A stretch of DNA of 64,000 nucleotides, from contig OZ025708.1 of NCBI GenBank assembly GCA_964019335.1, positions 446,001 to 510,000 of the forward strand. The letters run 5' to 3'. Both the position numbers and the translations under genes were made by a program. Under the pieces are notes generated by a model. It was not told the DNA's origin. It saw only the letters and a program-made list of their open reading frames with translations, and did no database searches. This stretch comes from Diplonema japonicum. Lineage: Eukaryota; Protista; Euglenozoa: Diplonemea. Shown here piece by piece: positions 1 to 13,600 of this stretch; within the stretch, counting starts at the first letter, position 1, and each line of letters opens with the position of its first letter.

Positions 1-149
1 TCCATTTGGGCTATGGCCGAGTAGGACAGCCATTCCCCCTCAGACACGTCATGCAGAGGTAGGCTGTCGCGTACTGTTGCGAAGCCGCGCTAGAAAAACT
101 AATTGATGGCAGCGTAATGAGCTATTTTTATTAGGTAAAATTCCGCTCG

Positions 150-494
150 TGCGCATAAACAAACCCTGACCCGGTACATAATAACAAGTCTGAAAATCAG
201 TTTTTTCAAAACTGCATTTAAAGCCTTAAATAAGGCTCTATTTTGGGTTTTGATAGCTGGAATGGGCTCAGATCGTCAAAATAGGGTTTCTGAAAAAAAA
301 AAAAAAATGAGCATGGTCTTGGTATTTTTTGCCAGAAATATGGGTTTTGGATCGATCAAACCGATCCGAAATTACAAAAAACCGATCAAACCGATCCGAA
401 ATTACAAAAAAACCCATCATTAACCCGACAGTGATCGAAAATCTAAAATTGCTCGGGTCGGGTTTTAAAACCCGAAGGTGATCGGTTAACCCTG
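150..494. mobile_element. Possible terminus of a hAT-like DNA transposon (subterminal repeats, candidate TIR end)
   Basis: Clustered ACCGA/CCCGA/GATCG motifs, a perfect 18-bp palindrome TCGGGTTTTAAAACCCGA (458-475) and an end in AACCCTG (reverse complement CAGGGTT). The other end is not in the window. Confidence 0.3.
353..411. repeat. Tandem duplication of a 30-bp unit (CGATCAAACCGATCCGAAATTACAAAAAA)
   Basis: Two exact adjacent copies start at 353 and 383. Confidence 0.95.
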
Positions 495-517
495 GATACT
501 ATGAAACAAGCTGTATT

Positions 518-643
518 TTTTTGTTTTTGTTTTTGTTTTTGTTTTTGTTTTTGTTTTTGTTTTTGTTTTTGTTTTTGTTTTTGTTTTTGTTTTTGTTTTT
601 GTTTTTGTTTTTGTTTTTGTTTTTGTTTTTGTTTTTGTTTTTG
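518..643. repeat. (TTTTTG)21 microsatellite
   Basis: G every 6 nt from 523 to 643. Confidence 0.98.
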
Positions 644-2154
644 TGTGCTCCCTTTTTTTTAGATAATTTTTTTGTGTGTAATACCAGTACAGGCTTTTTT
701 TTTTCTCCCTCCTTCTTTCAGGGAAGTCTGTGCCACGGTGGCGGGTTCTCGGCGGAGAGCTTGGCCGGCTGTCCCTGAACAGGCAACATGGATCGCACTT
801 GGCTTCTGCAAAAAAAGAAAAAAATATGTCTAGCTTCTTGGTACTTCTCGGAGCCGATGCTAAGCAGCGCACCTAAGGCCATTACAACAGTTGTCTTGGG
901 AAGCATGCTCCGCCACTCAGGAACCGTGTGTCTTGGAAGCTTCTTGTCCTTCATGTTACGCCAATCGTGGCTCTCGATAGGTCTGTCTACTGTGTTGTGA
1001 TTCTGATGAACACATCCTTTCTTCGATGGTATCAGCCTGTTAAAGGGAAGATTCCGCGTGCAGTTTTATTCCCTAGGTCCTTTAATAAGTGCGACCCAGG
1101 CATGCTTCTATGGTGTGTTCGTATTGTTAGTGATGTGGATCACGAGCTGAGTATTGTCGATGTGGCGAGCAAGTTCATTACATGATTGATGATGTGGCTT
1201 ATTCCTCGTTTCTTGTGAGGGTACATACCTGATTGGTGTCTGGCCTGATTAAGTAGGGTGCCGACATATCAATGCACTTCGCTTGGGGCGTGCGCTTGCG
1301 CAACGCAAGGGGAAAAAACAAGTAGTTTTTCTCACTCACACGCGCGTCATGTACGATAAAGGAGTTTGTTGTTCTACTTGCGTTATAGGGTAAAATGGGG
1401 CAAGTGCCTGTATTATTAAGTTTTATTCTTGCAGCCCAGAGCATAAAAAGTGGAGATACAAAAGAGGTAGAAATAGAGGAACCCCGCGTAAGGAAAGATG
1501 TCTCTCCACGCCCGTCTTTTCTCAGGTGTGTTTCCTGCGAGATCAAGCTAACACAATTCAGAACACACACGCAATTTTCTAACTCATAGTGGGGGTCAAT
1601 TACATTTACTTCTTTTTCTCATGTTGCAAATTCGTGGTGTCCCCGGTGGTCACTGAGCAAATAAAAGGGTAACTAAGCCCTGTGGCTGCACAACATCCAG
1701 GAGTGGCACACCCTACTCTTCTTTTTAAAATCCACAAATTAAAGCAAATAATTCACGTGCTGATCAAAGAAGCATTGATCTCACAGAGATGACCGCCTGT
1801 CTATCACGGGCAACACCGCACTTCGCATCGCCAAATTAAAGTGTATTTCCCACTTGGTCAAGAACGAAATTGGTAAACCGCACTTCACATTGCCGCAATA
1901 GGTGGGCGCCCCTAAGATTTCCACCTTGAAACGGCAGAACCAGAGGATGACACCATTGGTGGTGGACCATTTAAAAGAAACCCCCCCCCCCCGCTGCTTC
2001 GCGCTCCTGAGATGTGTGTCGCACCTTTCGGCTTTAGATCCATACCTCTCTTCTCTTCACTGGCTCCCCAAAAGCCCTTCAAATTCTCATTCCTTCATTG
2101 CCCAATCTTGCTTACCCGGTACGCCCCCCGGCTGGGGTTGAGCTGGACATGGCG

Positions 2155-2497
2155 CGGAACGCAGAAGAAGCTACAACTCGGCCGCGGTGTGCCCCCTGTA
2201 AGCAAGTAGACTTGTGCAGGGTGCCGCACACTGGTCTCCTTTAACTCTTAAATATATTCTCATTTGTTTTCTCAAACTACCCTTTTTCTTTTTTTTTTTT
2301 CCCTCCCGTAGGGTGCCCTCTAGCGGGGGGCTTGTCCTGTACTTTGAGTTTTTTCTCGGTGGTGGGGATAACATGGAAAAAAAGAAGTACACCAGATGTG
2401 TTGTTGTTCGCCGCGTGTTGAGTTGCACACCTTACGCATTAAGGACACGACACGGAACGCAGAAGAAGCTACTGTGTGCCCCCTGTAATCAAGTAGA
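2155..2497. repeat. Imperfect direct repeat pair, 2155-2210 and 2453-2497
   Basis: CGGAACGCAGAAGAAGCTAC...GTGTGCCCCCTGTAA(G/T)CAAGTAGA in both copies; the second has an internal deletion of about 11 nt. Confidence 0.85.
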
Positions 2498-2864
2498 TAG
2501 TTCCTGCTTCGTTGCACGCTTAACGACACCTAGTGTTGCAATCAAATAGACAGCAAAGCTATAGCTCCAACTGCCGACCGGTGTTTTCACCCTAGCTGTA
2601 CTTTTTCTGCGCTTCCTACGCTACCTACCTTTTTTTTTTTTTTTAAACTTCCTATTCCTCATCTTTTCTTAGTTTTTTCTTTTTCTTTATTCAAAGGTCA
2701 GGGTACAAAGGGGGGGGAATAAAAACCACAAAAAAAAAGGAAAGAAAAAGAAAACTCCTGGGGCGAAACAAATAAAAACCCCCCCTCCCCCCCCCTTGTT
2801 TTAAGGCGATCCTGTCACACTTTTTTTTTTCGTGGGCCGTTGCTAACCACTTCGTTTCCTATCA
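2311..2864 (+). repeat. Dispersed repeat element, homologous to 59931-60017
   Basis: GGGGG(C/T)TTGTCCTG(T/C)ACTTTGAGTTTT at 2326-2352 and 59947-59973; GTGGGC(C/T)GTTGCTAACCACTTCGTT(T)CCTATCA at 2832-2864 and 59986-60017. Confidence 0.75.
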
Positions 2865-4350
2865 TCTTTACACTTTCAGCGGTATCTCCACTCGGAATTC
2901 GGGCCCCCATTCTAAACGCGAATCCCCCCTCCCCCCCCAACCTCTTTTCAATTCTTTTTTATAATGAACAGATGCTTGCTATTGTAGGTATCAATGCTCA
3001 GGAAATAGGAATGTGTTTGGAACCCCGCCACACCCCGCGGCAGAGCTCGTTACCGACATCGTCAGATATACATTAAAAAAAAGAACTGCAAAGCCAAGCA
3101 CATAAACCCCGAGGAAGCCGCGCCCTTTGACCGGGACTGCTCAGATAGCGTGCACGTGACTTCGAAATGGCGTTTCTCGCTACTGTTTTAGTTTAAAAAG
3201 TTGAATGCGTAAAAATAACATGCTTTGCAGAGACGTGACTAACCAACCCTTTTGAAAATATGACACTGACTGCAAGAAAAAAAAAAAAAGAAAGAAAAAA
3301 AACAAAGAATAGATATCAAAAGAAATTATTAAGATAAGACAGAAATGGTTATTGTCGAAAAACATATTATGTCCGTGCTTCTGCACGCTCACCCTCTTCG
3401 CACGTCACGGTGTGCATTCTTTTAGGAATCGAAGATTACTATCGCGAAGCAAGTTCTGCTCTCCTCCTAAGAAGTTACTATTTCTCTTCGCTACCTGATT
3501 TGCGGGTTTGCGGGTTTGCAGAAGTGTTGCTCTTCCTGACGAGGAAGGGACCGTTGGGGGCTCTCAATTGCAATGTTTGTGATGCTGCGAAGGGCAACAC
3601 GGTCAAGCTGCTGCGTCATCAGCTGTGGGAGTACGGGATCAGATCCACAAAAAGTTAGAATTTTCTCGAACACGTCGTGGGTTCAATTCCGTTTACTTCT
3701 TTCTCAATATTGCAAATAGGTCGCGCCTTGTATAACGCGTGGGCAGAAAAAGGAGGGATGGTTTTTTATTTAATTCTGCAAAGTTACAGGAGGAAATTTC
3801 TAAAGCACCGTAAAAACCAGCAATCACTTTTGCCATTTACAAGTAAATGCAAAGTGCAGAATAAATGCGAAGTAATAGGCTGGTTTGGCTTAAAAAAAGT
3901 GCCGTAACTGCAAAGTAAAATCTGATTTTTACTCTGACTAATTTTCGGGTTTTTTTCGGTATTCGTTGCAGTCAGGCATCTGAGGCAAAAGAGGCATACA
4001 CATACTTTACCAGATTCCGAGCTACCAAGCATCACACCTGAACCTGGCAAGTGCCGAAAGTTACACTGGCCACGCATACAGGCCTTCTTCTGCACAATAC
4101 CATGTAGATGAAGGAACCTGCTATTTTGGCTGGAAGTCAGACCAAGCCCCTCCACAAAACCACAGTTTCTGAAGAGCGATGATCAAGTTCCTACACAAGT
4201 TACACAAAACCTACAGAATTCGAGCGATGCGGGTGAAACTAAAAAAAAAAAAAAAAAAAAAAGAAAAAAGAGTGAAAAAAAAAAAACATCTGGTTTTTAT
4301 TTAGTAAATAGTTATTATGTGTTGCCTTATTGTCGTTGTTCTGAGAGGGC

Positions 4351-4406
4351 ATACCTTCTCGGCCTTTTGGCTAAGATCAAGTGTGGATCTGTTATCAGCT
4401 TAATAT
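4351..4406 (+). pseudogene. U2: Truncated, mutated U2 snRNA 5' fragment
   Basis: ATACCTTCTCGGCCTTTTGGCTAAGATCAAGTGT matches the canonical U2 5' end (stem I, U6-pairing region). The branch-site element GTAGTA reads GTGGA, CTGTTCTTATCAG is shortened to CTGTTATCAG, and similarity stops after AGCTTAATAT. No 3' stem-loops recognised. Confidence 0.85.
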
Positions 4407-4440
4407 ATTACTTGTGCAGGGCGCCACCAACACACACTGG

Positions 4441-4523
4441 CTTTCTTTGTCTCTTATATTATTTCTTCTTTTTCCTTTTTGTGCTCTTTCATTCACATCT
4501 CTCTATCAATAATCACCATTCAG
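4441..4523 (+). promoter_or_regulatory. Putative trans-splice acceptor (polypyrimidine tract + CAG) of the giant gene
   Basis: About 100 nt AG-free pyrimidine-rich stretch ending TTCAG|G (AG 4522-4523), about 85 nt upstream of the ATG. Confidence 0.65.
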
Positions 4524-4606
4524 GCAACACTTAAAAAAAAAAAGGGGGGAGGGACACAGAAAAAAGAAAAAGATACCCTCATCGGGAGTGCGCACACGCT
4601 CCTAAG

Positions 4607-7600
4607 ATGCATCGCCCGTTGATGATGCTCTCGCTGACGGCGTCGTGCCACGCCACCTTCTACAACCAAGGAGTGCCCATGACACCCTTCCCAGACGTGA
4701 AGTGCTCGGACATCACTTTCACGCCTGGTGCAGGGTGCAACTGCAACACGGAGATCAGTGGCTCGGTGGTGGACGTGGAAGACGGCTTCGACCCTGCCAC
4801 GGACACGCTCACCTGCGGGGCGTGTGCCGGGCTGGGAATCACCCCCAACTTCGACACCACAACAGGCATCCTGCAGATGTCGGGTGCCGCCACCATCGAC
4901 GAGTACGCACAGGCCATCGCCAGCGTCACCTTCACGTCGACGTCGGGAGCTGGAACCTCTCGCCGTCTGACCTACAACTTCGGCCACGCCATGTACTCCA
5001 CGCACACGGGGCACTTCTACGAGTACTACCCGAAGAACAGCGTGAACTGCAACACGGGGGGTTTCTGCCACTGGGACGACGCGCAGTCTGAGTGCGCCGA
5101 CAAGTCAAAGGACATCCTCGGCCTTGCAGGCTACCTCATCACCATCACTTCGCAGGACGAGCAGGACGTCGCCTCAACAAAGCTGCACGGGGAGGGTTGG
5201 ATCGGTTCGGCGGACATCGCGAAGGAAGGGGAGTGGCGCTGGCTGACCGGTCCGGAGGGTTGCCCCCCTTATAACCTTGCTTTGACGGGGGCGGCAAGAA
5301 CCGCGTGCGACATGGGTTATCCCCTTCCCGAGAACAAGAACCCGTGCACCGGACCTGACTGCGGGCAGGGACAGCTCATCGGAACTGGCAAGGGGTCAAG
5401 CTTCAAGACCGCTTCGGGGGCCTACGAGAACTGGGAGTCAGGTGAGCCGAACGAGTACTCCAAGGACTGCTCGCCGGCGACGTGCTCGACGACAGGAGAA
5501 GACTACGGGCACTACTACGGGAACGGAAAGTGGAACGACTACCCGAACGGGCACAACCGCATCGAAGGCTACGTGTGCGAGTGGGGCGGTGTGGGGGAGC
5601 TCTGCATGAAGGATGACGACGTGTTCGGCTCGCAGATCGTGGTGGCCGGATGCGACTCCTACAAGAACCGAGGGGCGTGCGAGGCCCGCCTCCCCGCCGA
5701 CTCCTGCAAGTGGGACACAACACAGAGCCCCGCGAAGTGTGTGGAGACCGGGTGCCACCGCTACGGGGACGAAACAACCTGCGAAGGCGACGTGACGTGC
5801 GACTGGGACACGACGAAGAGCCCACCTGAGTGCGTGGACAACTACTGCGCGGTGACGCACCTCACGGAAGCGGACTGCAACGCCGACAATACCGCCGACG
5901 GCCCGTGCTACTGGAACACCAACATTCCGGGGGACCAGAAATGCCAGACCCTCGTCTGCGCCGACGTGACCGACAAGTGCAAGTGCATCCAGTCCTCCCC
6001 CCAGTGCCAGTGGGATTCCTCGAAGGGAAGCTGCCACAACCCCAGCATCACAAATACGGCGGTCTGTGGGGACCTGAACACGGAAACCGCGTGCATGGCG
6101 GACACCACCTGCAACTGGGACACCTCGAAAACCCCCTTGTGCCAGCTGTCTGAGTGCTACCCGCTCTGCACGCAGCTCACCTGCGTCGCGAAGGCCGGGT
6201 GCGCTTGGGACGGAACCGATTGTCGAAGGGAGCCCCCTGGCTGCGCTGCACACACGAATGCCGCCGCGTGTCAGCAGGATGAGAAGTGTCTGTGGAACGT
6301 TATGTGGAGCACTGCGAACACGTGCGTGGAGAACCCGTGCAGAACACACACCGACCAGCAGTCTTGCACCGCCGTCGCGGTAGAGATGCCCTCTCCGTGC
6401 ACGCCGCCCGCCGGGAACCCCGACTACTGCTTCCTCAACGTGTGCGACTTCGACTCTACGAAGACGCCCACCTGCTACCCGAAAGACTGTCTGCAGACCT
6501 CCGAGGGGACGTGCTTGGCCGAGTCTGGGTGCCAGTGGGTCCCCCTCCAGACCCCTCCTCCTGTCGGCCCTCCGTCGACCCTTGTTGAGTACTGCACGGA
6601 AGAGAAGTGCAAGCACACCACGGTGCAACTCTGTGAGAACGACCCATACTGCAAGTGGGACGACCAGCTGACGACCTGCGTGGAAGCACCCTGCCCCAAG
6701 CACCCCGACGAACTGTCGTGTGACCAGGACAATGTGTGCCACTGGGACGCTTCAACCAGCCCTCCGATCTGCACTCCGACGGAGTGCGGTGTGCACACGA
6801 CACAGGGAACCTGCGACACAAACACGAACTGCATGTGGGACGGAAGCTCAACCCCGGCCCACTGCACGGCCGCCACCTGCGAGAAATACAACGCACCGAG
6901 CCCCAGGGACAAGTGCGGGTGCGTGGCAGACCCCGAGTGCTCCTGGGTTGTGGACACAACTGGCTCCGGCAACGACCACTGCGCGAAGACCTCGTACTCC
7001 ACATGCCCCGACCTGGACGTTGCCTTTGTGATTGACGGATCAGGCTCTATGTCGAGGTCCTTCGGGAACCACCCGCACGGCTTCTACGGGCTGTTGGAGA
7101 CCCTGAGGGACTGGGTGAAGACGCTCCCCCTCACTGGGGAGGACCACACGGTTGGTGGTGCCTCGAACGTGAAGGGCGGCGGGTTCCGTCTCACTTTTAT
7201 CCAGTTCTCGAGGGCAGAGGCGACGCCTGCGATGGACCATCCCACGAACTGCGCGGTGGGCCAGTGCACGGACGGTCTCCTCTCCGGTAACATCAATGAG
7301 TTGATGGGCGACATCGACTGGCACGAGGCGAACTACCAGGCACACTGGACCTACCTCCACGATGCTCTCCTGGACGTGGCGGACCACACCTTCCTCCCCA
7401 GCCAGTCCCCTTCGCACAGGAAGCACGTGGTGGTGGTCATCGCTGACGGTGGTCTCACTGATTACGACGGTGACGCGTGCAGCGGTACCTCCTGCGGGCA
7501 GTGCCCCAGCGGCTGCGACTCGCAGTGGAAGCCCACCTACCCGGGAATGCTGGACGACGCGCAGCAGAAGCTCCGCGACGAGGATGTGGTGGTGTTCGGG

Positions 7601-10600
7601 ATCGTGATGAGGAGGTTCTCCTACCACACCTTCCAGGACGACAACGCGGAGGCGAAGCTGAAGCCGCTGGTGACAGACCCGAAGGACGACCACTTCATGA
7701 ACCTGATGCTGGACGAGATCCCGGGGCAGGTGTTGGAGCCCTTCTGCGATCCTAACTCGAAGTTTGGAAAGACCCTGATCCCCCCCATTGACGCGAAGCA
7801 TTACCAGTGCGCGACCTGGGGTTTCAAGGATGAGTGCAACGCCGATTCGCTGTGCGAGTGGAAGACCCCGAGGCTGGCAACGTGCGCCTCGGCGACGGGG
7901 TGCCCCGAGCTGAACTGCCAGGGAATCCCGCAGCAGTACAAGGGCCTCTACGACTGCAGCAAGTGCAAGCTCCAGAGGGCAACCGTCATCTGCGGGGCCT
8001 CCGTTAAGTCATCGATCGACGGAACCTGCGAGGAAACTCACTGCGCGAAATGCTGCAACGAAACCTGCTGTAACGCTGACGCCGCGTGCAGCTGGAAGAC
8101 CCCCGGTGAAACGTGCGAGAGGAAGGTGTGCGAGTACACGGACCAGAGTGCCTGCGAGAACGACCCCGACCTGCTGTGCAAGTGGGACGGCAGCAAGTGT
8201 GACCCAAAGCCCTGCGGCTCGATCTTTGTGCAGGAGAAGTGTCTGAACAGCACGAACAACTGCCAGTGGGACACCTCGCTCGACCCCCCTGTCTGCAAAC
8301 AGATCCCCACCTGTGACACCAAAACAGACCCCGCTGTGTGCAAAAGCGACCCGGGCTGCGAGTGGGACTGCAACAGCACTACCTGCAGGGACACGAAGTG
8401 CTCGTACCCTGACCCCGGGACCTGCTCTGTGGACACGGACTGCGAATGGCTGGGGACCATGTGCAAGGAGAAGAAATGCACGCCCGCGAAGACGCAGGTG
8501 GACTGCAAGGACTGCGACAACTGCGTGTGGGACCCTGCATCCTCGACATGCACCGAGGACAAGTGCAAGCCCCTGAATCAGGCGGACTGCGGGAGCAGCG
8601 ACGTGTGCCACTGGGACAACAACGAATGCGTGACCGACTACTGCCCGCAGTACAAGGATGACGAAGTGGAGTGCGGCCACGACCCCAGGTGCCACTGGGA
8701 CTCGGCGACGACTCCGCCTACCTGCCAGCCCACCACCTGCACGAAGGACCATAACACGCAGTATCCCGGCCTTGGAGACGCGCCCTCGCAGATGGGGACC
8801 ATCGACGACGCTGCGTGCACGAACGACCCTGGCTGCAAAACCGGGACCGACTCGAAGGGCCCGTACTGTGCCCCTGCAAGCTGCTCCGACCACACGAAGA
8901 ACTGTGACTGTGTGCGCGACACGAACTGCTACTGGGACCCCGCTGTGACGGCCCCTGCTCCCAAGTGCAAGGACAACAAGGTGTCCAGCTGCCCCGACCT
9001 CGACGTGGTCTTCGTGCTCGACGGCTCCGGTTCCATGGGGGCAAGTTTCGGGTCGCACCCCCACGGCTACTACGCGATGCTCGAAATGTTGAGGGACTGG
9101 GTGAGGACGCTGCCCCTCACCGGAGAGGACAACACTTTCGGGATCAACTCCGCGGTCACGGGCGGGACCTTCCGTATCGCCTTCGTGCAATTCTCCATCG
9201 AGAACGAGTACTGGGTGTGCAGGAACGGAGCAGACGGCTGCAGCAAGTGGAGCAACTGGGGAAGTTGCACCCAGCCGCGGCTCCCTGCAGGAAGGATCTG
9301 CTCGAACGGGCAGCTCACCGGTGAACTAACGGAGCTGGAGAACGACCTTGACTGGCACGAAGCCAACTACATGGGCTCCCTCACCTACATGGCGGCAGCC
9401 CTCGATGATGCGGTCGATATCTTCCACGGCTCCCCCGCGCACCGTGCGCACGTCCTTGTCATTATCACAGACGGGCAGATGAACCCCTTGGAGCCCCAGA
9501 GGAGCCAGGAGATCCCTGCTATCAGGCAGAAGCTCGACGCCGAGGGTGTAATTACCTTCGGTGTAGTTGTGAGGAAGACGGCTGCCCACACAAAGGCCGA
9601 CATAGATGCGGAGGAGACGTTGAAGCCGGTGACCTCCGACGCCCACGACGACCATTTCGTGAACGTGCCACTGGACGATATGCTCACGGAGGTGTTCAAC
9701 GACTTCTGCGACCCTGCAGGGAGGTTCGGGGCCGCCATCCGGCAGCAGGCCCAGAACCAGAACAGCGCGAACAACACAGCCCCCCCTGCCCAGTCGGCCG
9801 CTGTCCCCTGCTCGAAGTGGGGAGTGAAGCTCGAGTGCAGGTCTGACCAGGCATGCGACTGGAAGACCCCGGCCCCCACCTCGTGCCCCGGCAATGGGTG
9901 CACAAACCTTAACTGCCTCGAGCTCCCTGCTGCCCAGGTTTCTGCGGGAATGACCTGCGCAAACTGCAAGCTCTCTGGGGGTGCAGTATCCTGCACTGCT
10001 GGGTCGAGCAACCCTGTGGGAAGCGGCTACTGCGGCGCTACCAGCTGCGAAGAGCACTGCGCAGAGGTTCCTTGCGAGCAGGACACGGCGAACGACTGCT
10101 TCTGGGACACCGACAAGTGCCAGAGGAAGGTGTGCAGCTACCCTGACAAGAACGCGTGCGAGGCAGACCCCGATGCCATGTGCATGTGGGACACCACGGC
10201 CACCCCGGCGGCCTGCGTCCCCAAGAAGTGTCTGCACTTCACGCAGGGGACCTGCGACGTGGACGGCGACTGCCAGTGGGACCCCGCAACGCAGGATTGC
10301 AAGGAGAAGGACCCGGACTGCACGACGATTACGGACAAGCTTGACTGCTTGAACCATGTGAGCGACGCCTGCGACTGGAAGTGCGACACTAACACCTGTG
10401 TGCAGAAGGTGTGCAGGGAAACGACCAGCACAGCCTGCGGGAACAGCGTTGACGGTTGCGAGTGGGACGCAGGCAGCAATGTGTGCCACAAGCAGCACTG
10501 CGTCGGTGCGTCCACAGAGAATGCGTGCATCTCCGACGGCGCCTGCAAGTGGACCGCGGCGACCTCCACCTGTGCGGAGTCAAAGTGCTACAAGTTCGCG

Positions 10601-13600
10601 ACGGAAGCGACCTGCGACCACGACACGGACTGCCACTGGGATCCCACGGGGTGCGAGGGCTGCAAGGAGAAGTACTGCTACAAGACCTTCACCGACGACG
10701 CGAGCTGCAACGCGGACCCGAAGGGGACGTGCATGTGGGACTCGACGAACAACAAGTGCGTGGACAAGACGTGCGACTCGTACAACAACCCTGCAATGGG
10801 CACCGACAGGATGTGCGACTGCCAGGCGGACTCGAGGTGCGTGGTGGACCGTTCGGTTCCTACCGCCCCCGTGTGCAGGGACCAGCACTTCACGCAGTGC
10901 CCGGACCTAGACGTGGTGGTGGCCTTCGACGGGTCGACCTCGATGAACAACAGGTTCGGGACGCACCCCAACGGCTTCGAGGGGCTCATGGAGGCGCTGA
11001 GGGATTGGGTGCAGGCGCTCCCCCTCACTGGAGAAGCGGCTGGCGTGACCTCGACCGACACCAACGGAAGGGTGAGGGTTGGATTCAGCGAGTGGGACCA
11101 AGGGGTGAGGCTGGCGGAGTGCCCCAGCTGCGCTTGCAGCCCCTCTGTGGGTTCGGACGGCGATGGTATCCCCACCACGAGCAGCATGAACACAAAGGGA
11201 AAAACCCCTCCCCGCCCTGCCGACAACTGCGGGAAGCTCACCGGCGACAAGGCGCAGCTCCTTGCTGACCTGGACTGGCACGAGGGCGAGAAGCGCAGGC
11301 CGCAGACCCTGGTGAAGGAGGCTGAGGAGTTCGCAGGGGAGACCTTCAAGGCTTCCCCCGCCTACAGGAAAAAGATCCTCCTTATCTTCACAGACGGCAT
11401 GATCCAGGACAGAGCCTCCCTGGGACCAGCTGGTGCAGTTCTTGCGGCAGAAGGCGTGCAGACCTTCGGGATCGTGCTGACAAGGGGCAACCCTAACTTT
11501 CTGGACCAGCAGAACCTCGACGCCCTGAAGGAGATCGTGACCGACCCGAAGGACAGCCATGCCCTGATGATGCAGATCGACGAGGCTCACCAGGTGCTCG
11601 ATGACTTCTGTAACCCGAACAGCGTGTTCGGAGCCCTCATCACCAGTGGCTCCACCACGCAGCCCAACACGGAGCCCGCCTGCGACACGATCCAGAGCAT
11701 CCCCGACTGCATGGCCCGCTCGACTTGCCAGTGGAACTCGATCACCGTGGCCTGCGAGGACCACCCCTGCTTCAAGCACTGCGGTGAGACGGATTGCATT
11801 GCGGACACCACGAACCAGTGCAAGTTCAACAACGGGACCCTGCAGTGTGAGAAGACTGTGTGCAAAGACCACCTCAGCCAACAGGAGTGCATTGACAACG
11901 ACTGCAAGTGGGATGCCGCAAAAGATCCCAGGTGCTACGAGGGCCCTTGCCAGGCAACTGACCAAGCAGGATGCAACAACCTCGGGAAGCAATGCACTTG
12001 GGACACAACGATCCAGCCCGATCCGAAGTGCGTGGAGACCCCTTGCTACTACGACAACCAAACGGCGTGCGTGGCGGACACGGACTGCGAGTGGGATGAT
12101 GTGTGCCCTGACGACGCGGACCAGAAGTGTGTGCCGAAGAGGTGTACTCAGCCGGACCACCAAACGCAGGCGGGGTGCACGAAGGACACCTGGTGCGTGT
12201 GGACGAGCGCTCTCACTTGCGAGCTCGGGAAATGTGCGAAATACCCGACTGAGAAGTGCTGTGACCATGACGACGGCTGCCACTGGGACATTAGTTCCAA
12301 CCCTCCTGTGTGCGGGGAGAAGTACTGCCCCAAGACCTACCCGACTGTGGCCACGAAGGACCAGTGCGACGCCGACAGCAAGTGCATGTGGGACCCCAGC
12401 AAGCAGGCGTGCGTGGAGGAGGATTGCAGCAAGCTGGACACGTGTCCGTGCAGGGCTCACCCCGACTGCTACTGGGACGCTGCGCACAGCAAGTGCACGG
12501 ACGCGAAGTACGGCGAGTGCCCCACGATGGATGTGATCATGCTTATGGACGGGTCCGGGTCAATGGATGCCTGGTTCGGGAACCACCCGCACGGCTTCTA
12601 CGGGCTGATTGAGATCTTGAGGGACTGGGCAAAGACGCTCCCCCTCACGGGAGAGCTGGCGGGGACCAACACCGGTCCTGGCCCCGTCACTGGCGGTCTC
12701 AGGCTTGGGTTCGTGCAGTTCTCCGGGAGCAACCCCTGGTGGATCTACTCCGGGAAATCTGAAGCGATCCAAACCCCATCGGGTACGGGGACTGGCGGGC
12801 ACCTGTCGGGGGACCTTACTGAGATCAATGACGATTTGGACTGGCACGAGAACAACTACATGGGAGACGGCACCATGATCGAGAAGGGGTTGACGATGGT
12901 GGGGGACATGTTCGATGCCTCGCACCAGCACGCTGTTCGCCCCAGGATCCTCATCATCTTCACGGATGGGAAGATCTACGACCCGAACTCCCTGGGCCCC
13001 GCAAGAACTGTGTTGGACCAAGAGGACGTGCAGACTTTCGGTATCGTGATCAGGAAGCAGCAGGCGCACACGAAGGCGGATGTAGACGCCGAGGCGACGC
13101 TGAAGCCGATCACCTCAGACCCGCACGACGACCATTTCCAGAACCTCATGCTGGATGAGATCTCGACCAAAGTGTTGGGAGACATTTGTGACCCCAACGG
13201 GAAGTTCGGACACCTCATCGTGACGAACTCCCCCTCGACGCAGGCTGGTGTGCACGCTCCGTGCCCGAACCATGCCGACTCGCACCTCTGCAACGCCGAC
13301 CCCGGTTGCGAGTGGCACGCCGCGAGCGACGAGTGCCAAGACTCCCCGTGCATTGCGCACTGTGACGAGCAGTCGTGCGTCCAAGACACGGCGAACCTGT
13401 GCACGTGGAACGGAACGGAGTGCTGGAAGGAGACGAAATGTGCCTACACGGACCAGACCCAGTGCGTGAACTCCCCGGACCTCTGCGTGTGGGACAACGG
13501 GGTGTGCGTGCTGCCCCCGTGCACTCCGAACAAGAACCAAGCCGACTGCGAGGCCGACAAGGACGGCTGTGCCTGGGTGAACCAGAACGGGCAGGACATG

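Noticed and set aside
486-872. (TK)n and (FL)n ORFs
   Set aside because: Translations of the TTTTTG microsatellite.
718-1570. Short minus-strand ORFs as a possible gene
   Set aside because: Fragmentary, interrupted by stops, no identifiable domain and lacking host codon bias.
3672-3691. tRNA T-arm/B-box-like GGTTCAATTCC
   Set aside because: No cloverleaf or A-box found; it lies within the relic repeat shared with 1573 and 45526.
4162-4171. ACAGTTTCTG resembling the euglenozoan spliced-leader exon
   Set aside because: Only 10 nt; the following TACTTTATTG and donor site are absent.
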